DNA of 64,000 bases, from contig JBAQGX010000003.1 in NCBI GenBank assembly GCA_049288015.1, forward strand, positions 138,034 to 202,033. Reading direction: 5' to 3'. Positions 1-9,403 of the stretch are shown in pieces (within the stretch, counting starts at the first letter, position 1; each line of letters begins with the position of its first letter). The translations under genes were made by a program, and so were the position numbers. The DNA is from Candidatus Nanoarchaeia archaeon. Its GTDB lineage: Archaea > Nanobdellota > Nanobdellia > Pacearchaeales > GW2011-AR1. The notes below the pieces were generated by a model that saw nothing but the letters and a program-made list of their open reading frames with translations, was not told the origin of the DNA and did not search any database.

Positions 1-93
1 TATTATCTCCTTCTAAAAGTAGACATAAAGTCATTAATTTTTTCATTTCTGTAACTGGACTATTTACTTTAAAAGTATTTATTCACCGAAGAA

Positions 94-690
94 TTATTGT
101 CCTCTTGAAACTTGATTATAACCTAATCTCTCGTTTTTTGACTGCTTTGGAGATTTAGCTTTTGCAATATGCTTATCTTGTTTTGACATTTCCTTTTCAA
201 GCTCTTTTGTTGCTTCTGCGGAGGCTTCTTTCTTCTCTTCCTTTTCTTTTGCCTCTTCAGGGGTTTCCTGCGCTTTGTTTTCCTCTTCTTTCTGTTCACG
301 AGCTTCCTTTAATCTTTCAATTGCAGATTTCTTCTTGTTTGCAACTTCTGTGGCTTTCTTGTTTCTATTTTCTAATCTTATCTTCTTGAATTTCAAATTT
401 TCTGGGAATTCAGCCAATTGAGCTATTACTTTATCTCCATCTTTTATTGCTTTAACTTTGATCTTTGATGGTGGATTTTTGATACTCCTCTTCCATATGT
501 ATTCATTCAAAAATTTGTCAACTCTAACTTTGTTCAAATCTCTGTCTCTTATTTTCATATGTCTTACGAGAAATTCTCTTATGGCTTTTACAGCTCTATT
601 TGCCCTTTTATATCTAGCAACATGTTTCCACTTTGCTCTTAAGGGGATAATATATTCTCTTTCAACTTTGTCAGATTTTGTTTCAGCCAT
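94..690 (-). CDS. rpl31e: Ribosomal protein L31e (eL31) with a ~100-aa K/E-rich C-terminal extension
   Basis: N-terminal ~90 aa match the eL31 core (REYIIPLRAKW...VKAIREF...). The remainder is low-complexity KEKEEKK. It lies in the conserved S19e-L39e-L31e cluster. Confidence 0.8.
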   Translation of the reverse strand: MAETKSDKVEREYIIPLRAKWKHVARYKRANRAVKAIREFLVRHMKIRDRDLNKVRVDKFLNEYIWKRSIKNPPSKIKVKAIKDGDKVIAQLAEFPENLKFKKIRLENRNKKATEVANKKKSAIERLKEAREQKEEENKAQETPEEAKEKEEKKEASAEATKELEKEMSKQDKHIAKAKSPKQSKNERLGYNQVSRGQ

Positions 691-692
691 TT

Positions 693-896
693 TTAACCCA
701 TATAGGACTTTCTCATTTTTCTTGGTTTAATGTTAAGTTTTGTTCTTCTCCATGATCTTCTATTTCTCGTTACTGCAGAAGGATGGATTCTTTTTCCTAC
801 TCCGTATTTTTTCAATATGACCCAAACAGGAGCCCACTTGGTCTGCCTGTTTTTCTTCATTAACTTTACTTTTTTAGCGTGATTTTTTATTCCCAT
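693..896 (-). CDS. rpl39e: Ribosomal protein L39e (eL39)
   Basis: 67 aa, very basic, with a MGIKNHAKKVKL...WAPVWV pattern typical of eL39. Position between S19e and L31e. Confidence 0.85.
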   Translation of the reverse strand: MGIKNHAKKVKLMKKNRQTKWAPVWVILKKYGVGKRIHPSAVTRNRRSWRRTKLNIKPRKMRKSYMG

Positions 897-1321
897 ATGC
901 CCTCCAGGAATTTTCTTCCCTTTTCTGTTAATTGTCTTCCGGGCTTTCTGCTCTTTACTCCCTTTACTGTTTTTGCGATTTCAGTAAATCCTGCTTTGTC
1001 AGATTGCTGTAGAATTGCTCTGATTATCTTTCCTCCAGATTTCCTGAATTCTTCCGGCTTGTATCCTCTTGATTTTCTGCTTCCATATCTTGTTCTTAAT
1101 CTACTTACTCCGACGATTTTTCTCTTGTAAATTTGTCTTAGAATACTTGCAGCTCTTTTATACCAGAAATCTTTGTCTTCAATAGGTCTTTGTTTTGATG
1201 GTCCAGATTTTACAAATTTGATCCATTCAGGCTCTTGGAATTCCTCCATTTTTTTAAGAGCTTCTGCTAGTTTCAGATTATATTCTTGCGCACCTAGATC
1301 ATATATAGGATTTTTTTCCAT
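887..1321 (-). CDS. rps19e: Ribosomal protein S19e (eS19)
   Basis: 144 aa with a WYKRAASILRQIY...GVS motif characteristic of eS19. First gene of the S19e-L39e-L31e cluster. Confidence 0.85.
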   Translation of the reverse strand: MEKNPIYDLGAQEYNLKLAEALKKMEEFQEPEWIKFVKSGPSKQRPIEDKDFWYKRAASILRQIYKRKIVGVSRLRTRYGSRKSRGYKPEEFRKSGGKIIRAILQQSDKAGFTEIAKTVKGVKSRKPGRQLTEKGRKFLEGIWE

Positions 1322-1398
1322 TTTACAGCCGTTCCTTACGGAACTAGATTGGCCTAAGCCATTTAGCTAAAAATCAGAACTAGAATTCATTTATAAAT

Positions 1399-1722
1399 TT
1401 ATCTAATTAAAGGAAGAATCTCATTAATTATTCTTTCTACCTCTCCCAATTTTAGAAGGTCCACTTTTTCTTCTCCTGCATATGCATAAACAGTAACTTT
1501 TTTTGTTTCTCCTAATCCTTCATCTTGACTTTGTGCTTTTACAGTAATTCCAAAATTTCTAAGATGATAAATTCTCTCTTCACTGTACTGAGCAGGATTA
1601 TCATAGTGCGAAACAAAATATGGGGAAAGCTCATTACTCAATACTGGATTGCTCCCAAGTTCTATCTTTCTTTTTGCAACTTCTAGACTGAGATTACCTG
1701 CCTCATAAATCTTTTTAGCCAT
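1399..1722 (-). CDS. Hypothetical protein (107 aa)
   Basis: Clean ORF in gene-dense context. No recognisable motif. Confidence 0.4.
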   Translation of the reverse strand: MAKKIYEAGNLSLEVAKRKIELGSNPVLSNELSPYFVSHYDNPAQYSEERIYHLRNFGITVKAQSQDEGLGETKKVTVYAYAGEEKVDLLKLGEVERIINEILPLIR

Positions 1723-1819
1723 ATAAAATAAATTCTATAAATAGTTTATAACAATTTGTATTATTCAATATTCACCTTAAGAAGACCAATTAATGTAATT
1801 AGATACTAAGTTCGAGAGT

Positions 1820-2143
1820 TTATAGTGTTTCCAGATATTGATGAATCTTTATTACCAGACTTACTTTCTGTTCCTCAATATAGGCCCTTGAAGCCGCGGC
1901 ACTAATATATTCCGGACTTATGTTATATTCTTCCAATGCAGGGAGAATTCCATGATCAATACCATTAATAGCATCTCGAGTTGTGTCTACTCTGCAGGTT
2001 GCAAGCTTTTCCAATGCTCTCTGGGGGAGTACGAACATCTTTTTGGGATGAACGCCATTTTTTAAAGATAGTAAATGAATTTCTTCGGAATCTGGATGGT
2101 AAGCGATTTCCACATAGGAGTCATGATACAATTCTGACATCAT
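1820..2143 (-). CDS. Hypothetical protein (107 aa)
   Basis: ORF with no recognisable motif. Confidence 0.4.
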   Translation of the reverse strand: MMSELYHDSYVEIAYHPDSEEIHLLSLKNGVHPKKMFVLPQRALEKLATCRVDTTRDAINGIDHGILPALEEYNISPEYISAAASRAYIEEQKVSLVIKIHQYLETL

Positions 2144-2200
2144 CCAAAAGGCTAATTAGTTTAATTTATATTATTTATGATACTTAGATATGAATAATAA

Positions 2201-2446
2201 TTACCTAACAATTTTTCTCCACTTTTTTAGAACGATTGTAAATCCGATGATCCTTGCATTATAATTTCTTCCCAATACTCCAAGAATTTCTTCAGTCATT
2301 TCTTTCACTTTTTCTTTCTCATGTCCTGCACTCTTGAGAACAGAGATTCTTATGCTAGTATGTGTCTTAAAATTGTTCTTGAGGCTTTCAATGAAGTTTT
2401 CGGTTACTCCATTCTTTCCGATTTGTATCTCAGACTGTTTTATCAT
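2201..2446 (-). CDS. YhbY/CRS1 (CRM-domain) RNA-binding protein
   Basis: 81 aa with an IGKNGVTENFIESLKN...GFTIVL pattern typical of the CRM/YhbY fold. Confidence 0.65.
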   Translation of the reverse strand: MIKQSEIQIGKNGVTENFIESLKNNFKTHTSIRISVLKSAGHEKEKVKEMTEEILGVLGRNYNARIIGFTIVLKKWRKIVR

Positions 2447-2476
2447 ATCTAAAAGAGAAATTTCGGTTTTATAAAA

Positions 2477-2881
2477 CTAGAGGCCATCTTTTCCTGCGAT
2501 TATGGAGTTCAGATATTTTTCCAATCCAATTTCATCCCTTTCATAGAGATTTCTATCTTTTCTCAATTTGTTTGACCTGAAAATCTTGCTTGGCTCTGGA
2601 ATTGCGCCTCTCTCACTAGAAAACGAGAAAAAGTCATAATGTATTCCTCCGGAGGAAACTATCAATCCTTCATCTAAGCTTCTGTGATTCATAGGTTTCA
2701 GTTGCTGATAAATTCTCTCTCTTATTCTAGATATTTCATCGGGAGTATTAATTATCAGGAAAGTCCATCTGTGCCTTGCCAATTCTTGGTCTCCAGTTCC
2801 TGTCTTAGTATTATACCTTACCTGTCTATCAATTTCCATAAAAACTTGAATAGAGTAATCTTTAAATTGATTATTGTACAA
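2477..2881 (-). CDS. Hypothetical protein (134 aa)
   Basis: ORF with no recognisable motif. Confidence 0.4.
   Translation of the reverse strand: MYNNQFKDYSIQVFMEIDRQVRYNTKTGTGDQELARHRWTFLIINTPDEISRIRERIYQQLKPMNHRSLDEGLIVSSGGIHYDFFSFSSERGAIPEPSKIFRSNKLRKDRNLYERDEIGLEKYLNSIIAGKDGL
2861..2868 (+). promoter_or_regulatory. TATA-like box (TTTAAATT) ~23 nt upstream of the tRNA-Gly 5' end
   Basis: AT-rich TATA-like octamer at the spacing expected for an archaeal promoter. Confidence 0.35.
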
Positions 2882-2891
2882 AAAAATATAA

Positions 2892-2962
2892 GCGTCGTTA
2901 GTTTATCGGTAGAACACAAGATTCCCAATTTTGTAAGCCGGGTCCAATTCCCGGACGGCGCA
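2892..2962 (+). tRNA. tRNA-Gly (anticodon CCC)
   Basis: Manual fold. Acceptor GCGUCGU pairs with ACGGCGC (one G-U). Anticodon stem CAAGA/UUUUG with loop UUCCCAA. T-arm CCGGG-UCCAAUU-CCCGG. Discriminator A, CCA not encoded. GC-rich island. Confidence 0.8.
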
Positions 2963-2971
2963 TTTGATAAA

Positions 2972-3898
2972 ATGGATTTAAAAACAAAAATAGGAAATAT
3001 AAGCTTTGATTCTTATGTATGCAATGCTTCTGGACCTAGAGACATTAGCTTAAAAGAGCTTAAAATTATAGGAGAATCTGACTCTTCAGCTGTGGTAATG
3101 AAGTCTTGCACTATTGAGCCAAGAGGGGGGAACGAAGAACCAAGATATGCTAAATTACAGTTAGGAGCTATACAAAGTATGGGGCTTCCTAATTTAGGTT
3201 ATAAAGAGTACCTTAAAATCTCATCCAATCTTAAAAGATATAATAAACCAATTATTGCCAGTATTGCAGGATTATGCGAAGAGGATTTTCCAAAAATGAT
3301 CGGAGCATTTCAGAAAAGTGATGTGGATTTAATTGAGGTAAATTTGAGCTGCCCAAACTTGGAAGGGAAACCACAAATAGCTTATGATTTTGAAGAATCA
3401 GATAATATTTTAGAAAAAATTTCAAATCTTGGAAATAAGCCCGTAGGATTAAAACTCCCAGCATATTATGATATGGTTCACCAAGAACAGCTAGCCGAAT
3501 TAATAAAGAAATATGATATTAAATTTATTACTTGCATTAATTCAATAGGTAATTCGTTGGTCATTGATTCAGAAACAGAAAGACCCGTAATAAAACCTAA
3601 AAGGGGTTTTGGGGGTCTTTGTGGAGAATACATAAAACCTATTGCATTGGCAAATGTAAGAATCTTTTATGAACTTTTAGAAGGAAAAGTATCAATTTTT
3701 GGCGTTGGCGGAATTAAGTCAGGAAGAGATGCATTTGAATTTCTTCTGGCTGGTGCAGATGCGGTTCAAGTAGCTACTACTTTCGAAACAGAAGGACCTG
3801 ATTGTTTTAGAAGAATAAATTTAGAACTGGAAGAAATTTTTAAAGAAAAGAATTATAATTCAATCCAAGAAGTTAAAGGAAAGTTAAAATATTTATAA
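2972..3898 (+). CDS. pyrD: Dihydroorotate dehydrogenase, class 1 (PyrD)
   Basis: Motifs NASGP, LSCPN, GGIKSGRDAFEFLLAGADAVQVAT. The listed ORF start at 2684 overlaps the tRNA, so the in-frame ATG at 2972 (MDLKTKIG) is used. Confidence 0.8.
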   Translation: MDLKTKIGNISFDSYVCNASGPRDISLKELKIIGESDSSAVVMKSCTIEPRGGNEEPRYAKLQLGAIQSMGLPNLGYKEYLKISSNLKRYNKPIIASIAGLCEEDFPKMIGAFQKSDVDLIEVNLSCPNLEGKPQIAYDFEESDNILEKISNLGNKPVGLKLPAYYDMVHQEQLAELIKKYDIKFITCINSIGNSLVIDSETERPVIKPKRGFGGLCGEYIKPIALANVRIFYELLEGKVSIFGVGGIKSGRDAFEFLLAGADAVQVATTFETEGPDCFRRINLELEEIFKEKNYNSIQEVKGKLKYL

Positions 3899-3928
3899 AA
3901 TAGGATTTAGCTATTAGGTCTTTTCAGA

Positions 3929-4735
3929 TTATTCTATAGGTATACTAAATTTTTCGATATCTGCCTTTTTTACTTTTATTACGTCAAATTTCGCAACTCC
4001 GAACGTCCCTGCCTTCATCCCTCTGCTTTTTGAAATTGATTTTCCTAAAAATCTGTGAACCTCTATGTCTTTGTGATTTTTTTTCCAATCTCTTGAATAT
4101 TTTGCGCAGAAGATTGCGGCCTCTTTTATGCTATCTTCATTTGCCTTTCCTTTTATGTTAACAAAAGGACTCCCGGCTGCTGCAGTATGAAAAACATATT
4201 CATCTGGAGCCACTTGTCTAACCAGTTCTTCATTGCTGTTCTCATCTTTTCCGCCAAGAATTAATATTCCTCCTTTTGTTACTAACCTCCTGAAATTTTT
4301 ATGTTGTAATGAAGAGTTAACAATTTCCAAACATCTTTTTTGGTTTTTCCAAGTTAATTTTTCAAGCGCATTGTTAAAATCAAGCCACTCTGAAGTTGAA
4401 TGTTCATGCTCATCCAATCTAACTTTTCCCATACCTACCTCTACAGCATAAAGTGAATATGATTGTCCGATGAAACCAGGCCTGTCTGAATACTTCTTTT
4501 TGTATTCATATTCTCCCTTGAGTTCAAATTTTTTTATCTGTCCTTTGATGCTCAAGCCAGTTTCCTCTTTTACTCCTCTTCTAGCAGTTTCTTCTTCACT
4601 TTCATTTCCTTCAATTCCTTCTTTTGGAAACTCCCATCCTTTCCAATGAAGTTTTCTCTTAAGAACAAGATAATTTATTTTGTTTTCCTCTTTTGAATAA
4701 ACTACAATGAAAACGGATCTACGGTACTTATCCAT
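3929..4735 (-). CDS. Nudix hydrolase fused to an uncharacterised C-terminal domain
   Basis: Nudix box GVKEETGL/REtxEExGu in the N-terminal half. The C-terminal ~120 aa (GGILILGGKDE...HTAAAGSPF) are not assignable. Confidence 0.6.
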   Translation of the reverse strand: MDKYRRSVFIVVYSKEENKINYLVLKRKLHWKGWEFPKEGIEGNESEEETARRGVKEETGLSIKGQIKKFELKGEYEYKKKYSDRPGFIGQSYSLYAVEVGMGKVRLDEHEHSTSEWLDFNNALEKLTWKNQKRCLEIVNSSLQHKNFRRLVTKGGILILGGKDENSNEELVRQVAPDEYVFHTAAAGSPFVNIKGKANEDSIKEAAIFCAKYSRDWKKNHKDIEVHRFLGKSISKSRGMKAGTFGVAKFDVIKVKKADIEKFSIPIE

Positions 4736-4762
4736 AATTTTGATACATTTGCAATGTTTAAA

Positions 4763-5281
4763 TTAATTACGATAACATACTTTTGGAAGAGAGTCAGTTA
4801 ATCCAATATAGGGGCGGAATAAACTTCCTATTTTTTCAAAATGGCATAGCTCTAAGCTGCTAAAATAAGATCTGACTTCTTCTTCTATGCATTTTCTTTT
4901 TCCCTCTCTAAATCTAAACCAATCTCCGTTGCCGATATGAAATTCATGACCTAAAGTATTTGACATATATTTAAGATAATAATACATGGAAGAATTTTTC
5001 TCTTTTGACTCGTCCAGTACGCTCATGAGTCCCTTTGAAACTTTTTTAGTGATATTAGAAAAATATTCTTCCCTTAAGGGATGATTATGATGGCGGGTGG
5101 TTGTACAGTTTACTTCAGTTGGATCAACTTTTTCACCATTCAAAATTTTCCCAGCTATAACAACAAGGCTGTAGATTTCATAATCATCTGGAATTGTCAA
5201 GTCATAAACTTTAGGCTCTTTGAATTGCAGCAAAAGGGCTCCGCAAGTTTGATGCTCAAGTTCATCTTCTTCTGTTGGCAT
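4763..5281 (-). CDS. Hypothetical protein (172 aa)
   Basis: ORF only. Cys/His-containing, no confident family. Confidence 0.4.
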   Translation of the reverse strand: MPTEEDELEHQTCGALLLQFKEPKVYDLTIPDDYEIYSLVVIAGKILNGEKVDPTEVNCTTTRHHNHPLREEYFSNITKKVSKGLMSVLDESKEKNSSMYYYLKYMSNTLGHEFHIGNGDWFRFREGKRKCIEEEVRSYFSSLELCHFEKIGSLFRPYIGLTDSLPKVCYRN

Positions 5282-5335
5282 GGTCTGGAAAGATAAAATT
5301 TTTTATATAAAGATTATTGTCGCGCGATATATCAA

Positions 5336-6238
5336 TTAACTTCTTGGTCTTTTGAATAATATATTCTTAGAGATTTCATTCAGGGCGAGAGGTATGCAAT
5401 AAGTTTCAAGAACATTAAACGCAGAAACATATTTTTTTATGGAAGAATAATTTCCAGAAAATATATTTTTGCTTATTGAACTAATGACCTCTTGAGGAGA
5501 TTCTCCTTCTATGTCACTAATAATCTTTGAAGTTCCCATTATCTTTAAGTGTCTTTTATTTCTTGCATGAAGATCTGTGTCTGGAACAATTGGAACATTT
5601 ACATTTTCATTTGATAATCTCAATGATAATTCCTCCGCAGGCTTGTTGATATCATGATAATCTATTTTATTGCCAATAAGACTTAATCCCAATCTTAGAC
5701 CTGCTCTTAGCAGAAGGTTGCTGTATCCATTCCATTCGATATACACTTTTCCGCTATATTTTCTGCATAACTCTTCCAATTCTTTTTCCTTTTCTTCAGA
5801 TATATGACCTGCTGTTCTTGTTCCGTTGTCTGCATATGGATGATCAAGTCCGATAAGGACTTCATTTCCAGACAACTCTTTATATTCTAAAGCAGATTCT
5901 ATTATTTCTTCAGCTTCTGATTCTGGTCTTGCGCAGTCATAATTATATCCAGTTGTCAATATTTGCAATCCCTTTCCGTTAGAAGTATTATATTCAGTAA
6001 AAGGAAATATATACCTTGAAGATCCGTTGTCATTTATAACGAATCCTAAGTTATCATGCTTTATGCCTTGTATCTTATCGGCTCTTCCAAGGAGTTTGGA
6101 GTATATGTTATGATCAAGTTCACCTAGACCAATGACATCCAAGCTGTTTGTTTTCATGACTCTCAAAATATCTTCAAGCTCATTCTTTCCATTGAACAAG
6201 AAGGGGTGAATATGCAAGTCAATACTAGCCCTTTTCAT
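5336..6238 (-). CDS. PHP-domain metal-dependent phosphoesterase
   Basis: N-terminal IDLHIHP motif and several His/Asp positions typical of the PHP fold. Confidence 0.55.
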   Translation of the reverse strand: MKRASIDLHIHPFLFNGKNELEDILRVMKTNSLDVIGLGELDHNIYSKLLGRADKIQGIKHDNLGFVINDNGSSRYIFPFTEYNTSNGKGLQILTTGYNYDCARPESEAEEIIESALEYKELSGNEVLIGLDHPYADNGTRTAGHISEEKEKELEELCRKYSGKVYIEWNGYSNLLLRAGLRLGLSLIGNKIDYHDINKPAEELSLRLSNENVNVPIVPDTDLHARNKRHLKIMGTSKIISDIEGESPQEVISSISKNIFSGNYSSIKKYVSAFNVLETYCIPLALNEISKNILFKRPRS

Positions 6239-6287
6239 CAGGCTTTAGGCAAAAATCTATTTATAACCCTTATGATAGATTAGTCCA

Positions 6288-7649
6288 TTACGATCTCTTT
6301 ATTACCGTGCCATTATCAGAATCTTCAACAGAATACCCAAGATCCTTTAGCTTATCTCTTATGTCATCAGCCATTTTCCAGTTTTTTTCCTTTCTGGCTT
6401 TGTCACGGTCTTTTACAAGATTTTTGACTTCTTCAGAAGTGTCTATTTCTTCTTTTTCGAAGAGTTTCAATCCCAATACAGAATCCATTTTTTTTATTGT
6501 TCCTATCTTTCCCTTTGCTTTTGTATTTCTGACTAATTTCCATAGAATCTGAAGTGCATTTGGCATATCCAAGTCGTCATTTATGAATTTCTCAAATTTT
6601 TTAAGATAATCTTTGTTTGTTTTTTTATCATCTTTCAATTCAGAAATTATATTCTTTAATCTGTTAAGAGAGTTTTGCGCGTTCTGAAGATTTTCTAGTG
6701 AGAATTCAAGAGGTTTCCTGTAATTTGAAGTTAGAACAAAATATCTGTAAGACATTGAATTGAACCCGTCTTCTTCCAATTCGGATATTGTGTATAATCC
6801 TCCTTTGCTCTTTGAAATCTTTTCTCCATTTGTTGTAAGAAAAGCTCCATGAACCCAGTAGTTTACAAATTTTTTTCCGGTAGCAGCCTCGCTTTGCGCA
6901 ATTTCATTTGTATGATGAACTTGTATATGATCTTCTCCCCCTGTATGTATGTCAAAGTGTTCTCCCAAATATTTCATTGACATCGCTGAACATTCTATAT
7001 GCCATCCAGGAAACCCTATTCCCCAGGGAGATTTCCATTCTTGTTGTCTTAATCCCGGTTTTTCAGAAAATTTCCAGAGAGCAAAATCTGTCTTGTTCCT
7101 TTTCTCTCCCATTGATACTCTTTTCCCAGCCTGCAAATCTTTTATGTTAAGCCTTCCAAGCTTGCTGTAATCTTTGAATTTGCTTGTATCAAAATAAATC
7201 CCATCGCTTGTTTTGTAAGTATAACCTTTAGTTTCCAATCTTTTGATCAATTCTATTTGTTCCTTGATATTATCTGTAGCTTTTGTCCAGATAGTTGGTT
7301 CAATGATGTTTAACTTTTTGAAATCTTCAAGAAAAATCGAGAAATAATAAGAAGTAATTTCTTTTGCAGTCTTTCCTTCTTTTTTTGCTTCTTTTTCGAT
7401 CTTGTCTTCGCCTTCATCTGCGTCACTTGTCAAGTGCCCTACATCAGTTATATTGATTACATGTTTTACTTTATATCCATCATACTCAAGAACTCTCTTT
7501 AAGATATCAGAAAAAATATAGCTTCTCATGTTGCCAATATGCTGATACCAATACACTGTTGGCCCGCATGAATACATCCCAATAGTTTTTCCTTTTATAG
7601 GCTTGAAAGTTTCTTTTTTTCTTGTTAAAGTATTATATATTTTTAACAT
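6288..7649 (-). CDS. cysS: Cysteinyl-tRNA synthetase
   Basis: MYSCGPTVY...HIGN class I signature and KISKSKG (KMSKS) motif. 453 aa. Confidence 0.9.
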   Translation of the reverse strand: MLKIYNTLTRKKETFKPIKGKTIGMYSCGPTVYWYQHIGNMRSYIFSDILKRVLEYDGYKVKHVINITDVGHLTSDADEGEDKIEKEAKKEGKTAKEITSYYFSIFLEDFKKLNIIEPTIWTKATDNIKEQIELIKRLETKGYTYKTSDGIYFDTSKFKDYSKLGRLNIKDLQAGKRVSMGEKRNKTDFALWKFSEKPGLRQQEWKSPWGIGFPGWHIECSAMSMKYLGEHFDIHTGGEDHIQVHHTNEIAQSEAATGKKFVNYWVHGAFLTTNGEKISKSKGGLYTISELEEDGFNSMSYRYFVLTSNYRKPLEFSLENLQNAQNSLNRLKNIISELKDDKKTNKDYLKKFEKFINDDLDMPNALQILWKLVRNTKAKGKIGTIKKMDSVLGLKLFEKEEIDTSEEVKNLVKDRDKARKEKNWKMADDIRDKLKDLGYSVEDSDNGTVIKRS

Positions 7650-7686
7650 AAAATCTAAACGAGAACCGAATTTAAAAATCTAATAT

Positions 7687-8247
7687 TTACTGGATTGTTA
7701 CAAATATATTCGTTGAGAATGCATTTGTATTTGGCTGTGTCTCAAGTGCGGTCAATCCGTAGATTATTGTACATTGTGGAGCTGTACTTGGTATATCAAA
7801 CTTAACTAGTATAGGCAAATCAAGTGATCCCCCTGGACCTAATGTAAACGTTCCTGAATTTCCAAGAAGATAAGCATTTGCCTGGGCAGCAGTAAATGTA
7901 GTTCCACAGTTATGAACATCACTTGCAGTCAAATTATAAGTGAACGTCGCTGTAGTAGATGTCTCTGGGTTCTTTACTGAGAAAGCAAATCCTGCAGGTG
8001 TTCCGCCTCTGCCTATAGTGATTTCTCTTGAAGCAGGATAAACTGCCAAGTTTGTATTTTCTGTAGTGAATAGTTGATTTATCTGATCTTGAATTGCAGT
8101 GTTTATCTGATCTACCGCGCTAGTGCTGCTTGTGAAAATTGTTCTTATCAATACGAGTGCAAGAACAAGAGTTACAACAACAAGAACAATGGTAACGATT
8201 GTGTTCATGCTCATCTCTATTGCTGCTTTTCTATCTTTGAAATTCAT
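7687..8247 (-). CDS. Secreted type-IV-pilin-like protein
   Basis: N-terminus ...DRKAAIEMSMNTIVTIVLVVV resembles an archaeal class III signal (K-A-A then a hydrophobic helix). The remainder is a Thr/Asn-rich beta-type domain. Confidence 0.45.
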   Translation of the reverse strand: MNFKDRKAAIEMSMNTIVTIVLVVVTLVLALVLIRTIFTSSTSAVDQINTAIQDQINQLFTTENTNLAVYPASREITIGRGGTPAGFAFSVKNPETSTTATFTYNLTASDVHNCGTTFTAAQANAYLLGNSGTFTLGPGGSLDLPILVKFDIPSTAPQCTIIYGLTALETQPNTNAFSTNIFVTIQ

Positions 8248-8561
8248 TTTACGGAAGAAGTTAAAGTGCTATTTAACTGCTGAGCATAAATTTGATTAAC
8301 ATATGGAGAAAGCCATACTAAATCAATAATAAACATGGCAACGTTTAGAACAAATCCGATTGCATTCAGAATCATTCCAATCCTTGCTTTCTTTGTTTTT
8401 TCCTTCCTCTGCTGACTTAAGCATAAAAAGAAACCAATTACAGAAGTTGCGAATCCCACAACAGGATAAAAAAGAAACATTGCCAGACTCACAATCCCTA
8501 AAGTGAATCCCGCTACACCTAAACCTCCAGAACTTTTCTTTTCCTCTTTTTCCTTTGCCAT
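8244..8561 (-). CDS. Small integral membrane protein
   Basis: Two predicted TM helices. 4-nt overlap with the downstream pilin-like gene suggests co-transcription. Confidence 0.45.
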   Translation of the reverse strand: MAKEKEEKKSSGGLGVAGFTLGIVSLAMFLFYPVVGFATSVIGFFLCLSQQRKEKTKKARIGMILNAIGFVLNVAMFIIDLVWLSPYVNQIYAQQLNSTLTSSVK

Positions 8562-8611
8562 CTTATGTTACAAAGAACTTATAATTATTTATAAATCTTT
8601 TTGAGCCAAAA

Positions 8612-8683
8612 TGGGAACGCGGGGAGTTGGACCCCGGACACCATGAGCTTCAGTCATGTGCTCTCCCGCTGAGCTACGTTCCC
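8612..8683 (-). tRNA. tRNA-Phe (anticodon GAA)
   Basis: Manual fold of the reverse complement. Acceptor GGGAACG/CGUUCCC, D-arm UAGCUCAGCGGGAGAGCA, anticodon loop CUGAAGC, discriminator A. Confidence 0.85.
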
Positions 8684-8720
8684 AATATAAAACCTGCAGA
8701 AGTATCTTTAAATCTTTTGT

Positions 8721-9356
8721 TTGAACTCAATTTCATCACCTTTAAAAGTAAACATTCTAAATTTAATTATGGATAATCTTGTTTTAGAAATAAAGAGAAA
8801 GCTCGTTCACATAAGCTCGGTTTTTTACATTATAATCTACTGCCTGATAAAAGAATTTTTCAGCCAGCAAGCAGCAATTTTGTCGCTTGTTTTTATCTTG
8901 ATATGCTTATCTTTCCTTGAATTTTTGAGAATGAAATTTAACAAAGAGATTCCATTCTTCCACCAGCTGTATCGTGAAAACGAAAGAGATACAGTTTCAG
9001 GAAGTATCTATCTTCTGATTGGAATTATCATAGCATTTTCTGCATTTGAATTCAATATTGCCGTAACCGCAATTTTAATGATGATTTTTGGAGATACGGC
9101 ATCAGCAATTATTGGAAGATTAGGCAAGCATAAAATAGATCATCTTAGTCGTTCATGGGAAGGAATAGCTGCAGAGTTCATTGTTGATCTGGTTGTAGGA
9201 TTTATCCTCCTGAACAATGTTGCGATTATTATTTTTATGGCCCTGATTGCAACAATCACAGAAACGTTGCTGAAACCTATTGATGATAATCTCGCTATTC
9301 CAATAGTTGCCGGATTTGCGGGCCAGGCACTGATGATGCTTTTAGGCCATTTATAG
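8721..9356 (+). CDS. CTP-dependent polyprenol/lipid kinase-type membrane protein (dolichol kinase or CDP-archaeol synthase-like)
   Basis: Multi-TM protein with the MMIFGDTASAIIGRLGKHKI motif typical of the CTP-transferase/dolichol-kinase superfamily. Confidence 0.5.
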   Translation: MNSISSPLKVNILNLIMDNLVLEIKRKLVHISSVFYIIIYCLIKEFFSQQAAILSLVFILICLSFLEFLRMKFNKEIPFFHQLYRENERDTVSGSIYLLIGIIIAFSAFEFNIAVTAILMMIFGDTASAIIGRLGKHKIDHLSRSWEGIAAEFIVDLVVGFILLNNVAIIIFMALIATITETLLKPIDDNLAIPIVAGFAGQALMMLLGHL

Positions 9357-9403
9357 AAATAAAAGACATAAATTCTTTTAAACCCCAAGTCAAACTTATT
9401 TTT

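Noticed and set aside
1-45. Partial minus-strand ORF (MKKLMTLCLLLEGDN...) running off the window start
   Set aside because: Only 15 codons are visible, too little to call. It may be the next gene of the ribosomal cluster.
2684-2971. Long N-terminal extension of the PyrD ORF (listed start 2684)
   Set aside because: It overlaps the minus-strand gene at 2477-2881 and the tRNA-Gly gene. The in-frame ATG at 2972 (MDLKTKIG) gives a normal-length DHODH.
4763-5281. Possible JAMM/MPN deubiquitinase motif (RHHNHP ... S) in the 172-aa hypothetical protein, potentially linked to the E1-like cassette
   Set aside because: Spacing does not match HxHx7Sx2D. No downstream Asp. It is about 9 kb from the E1-like gene.
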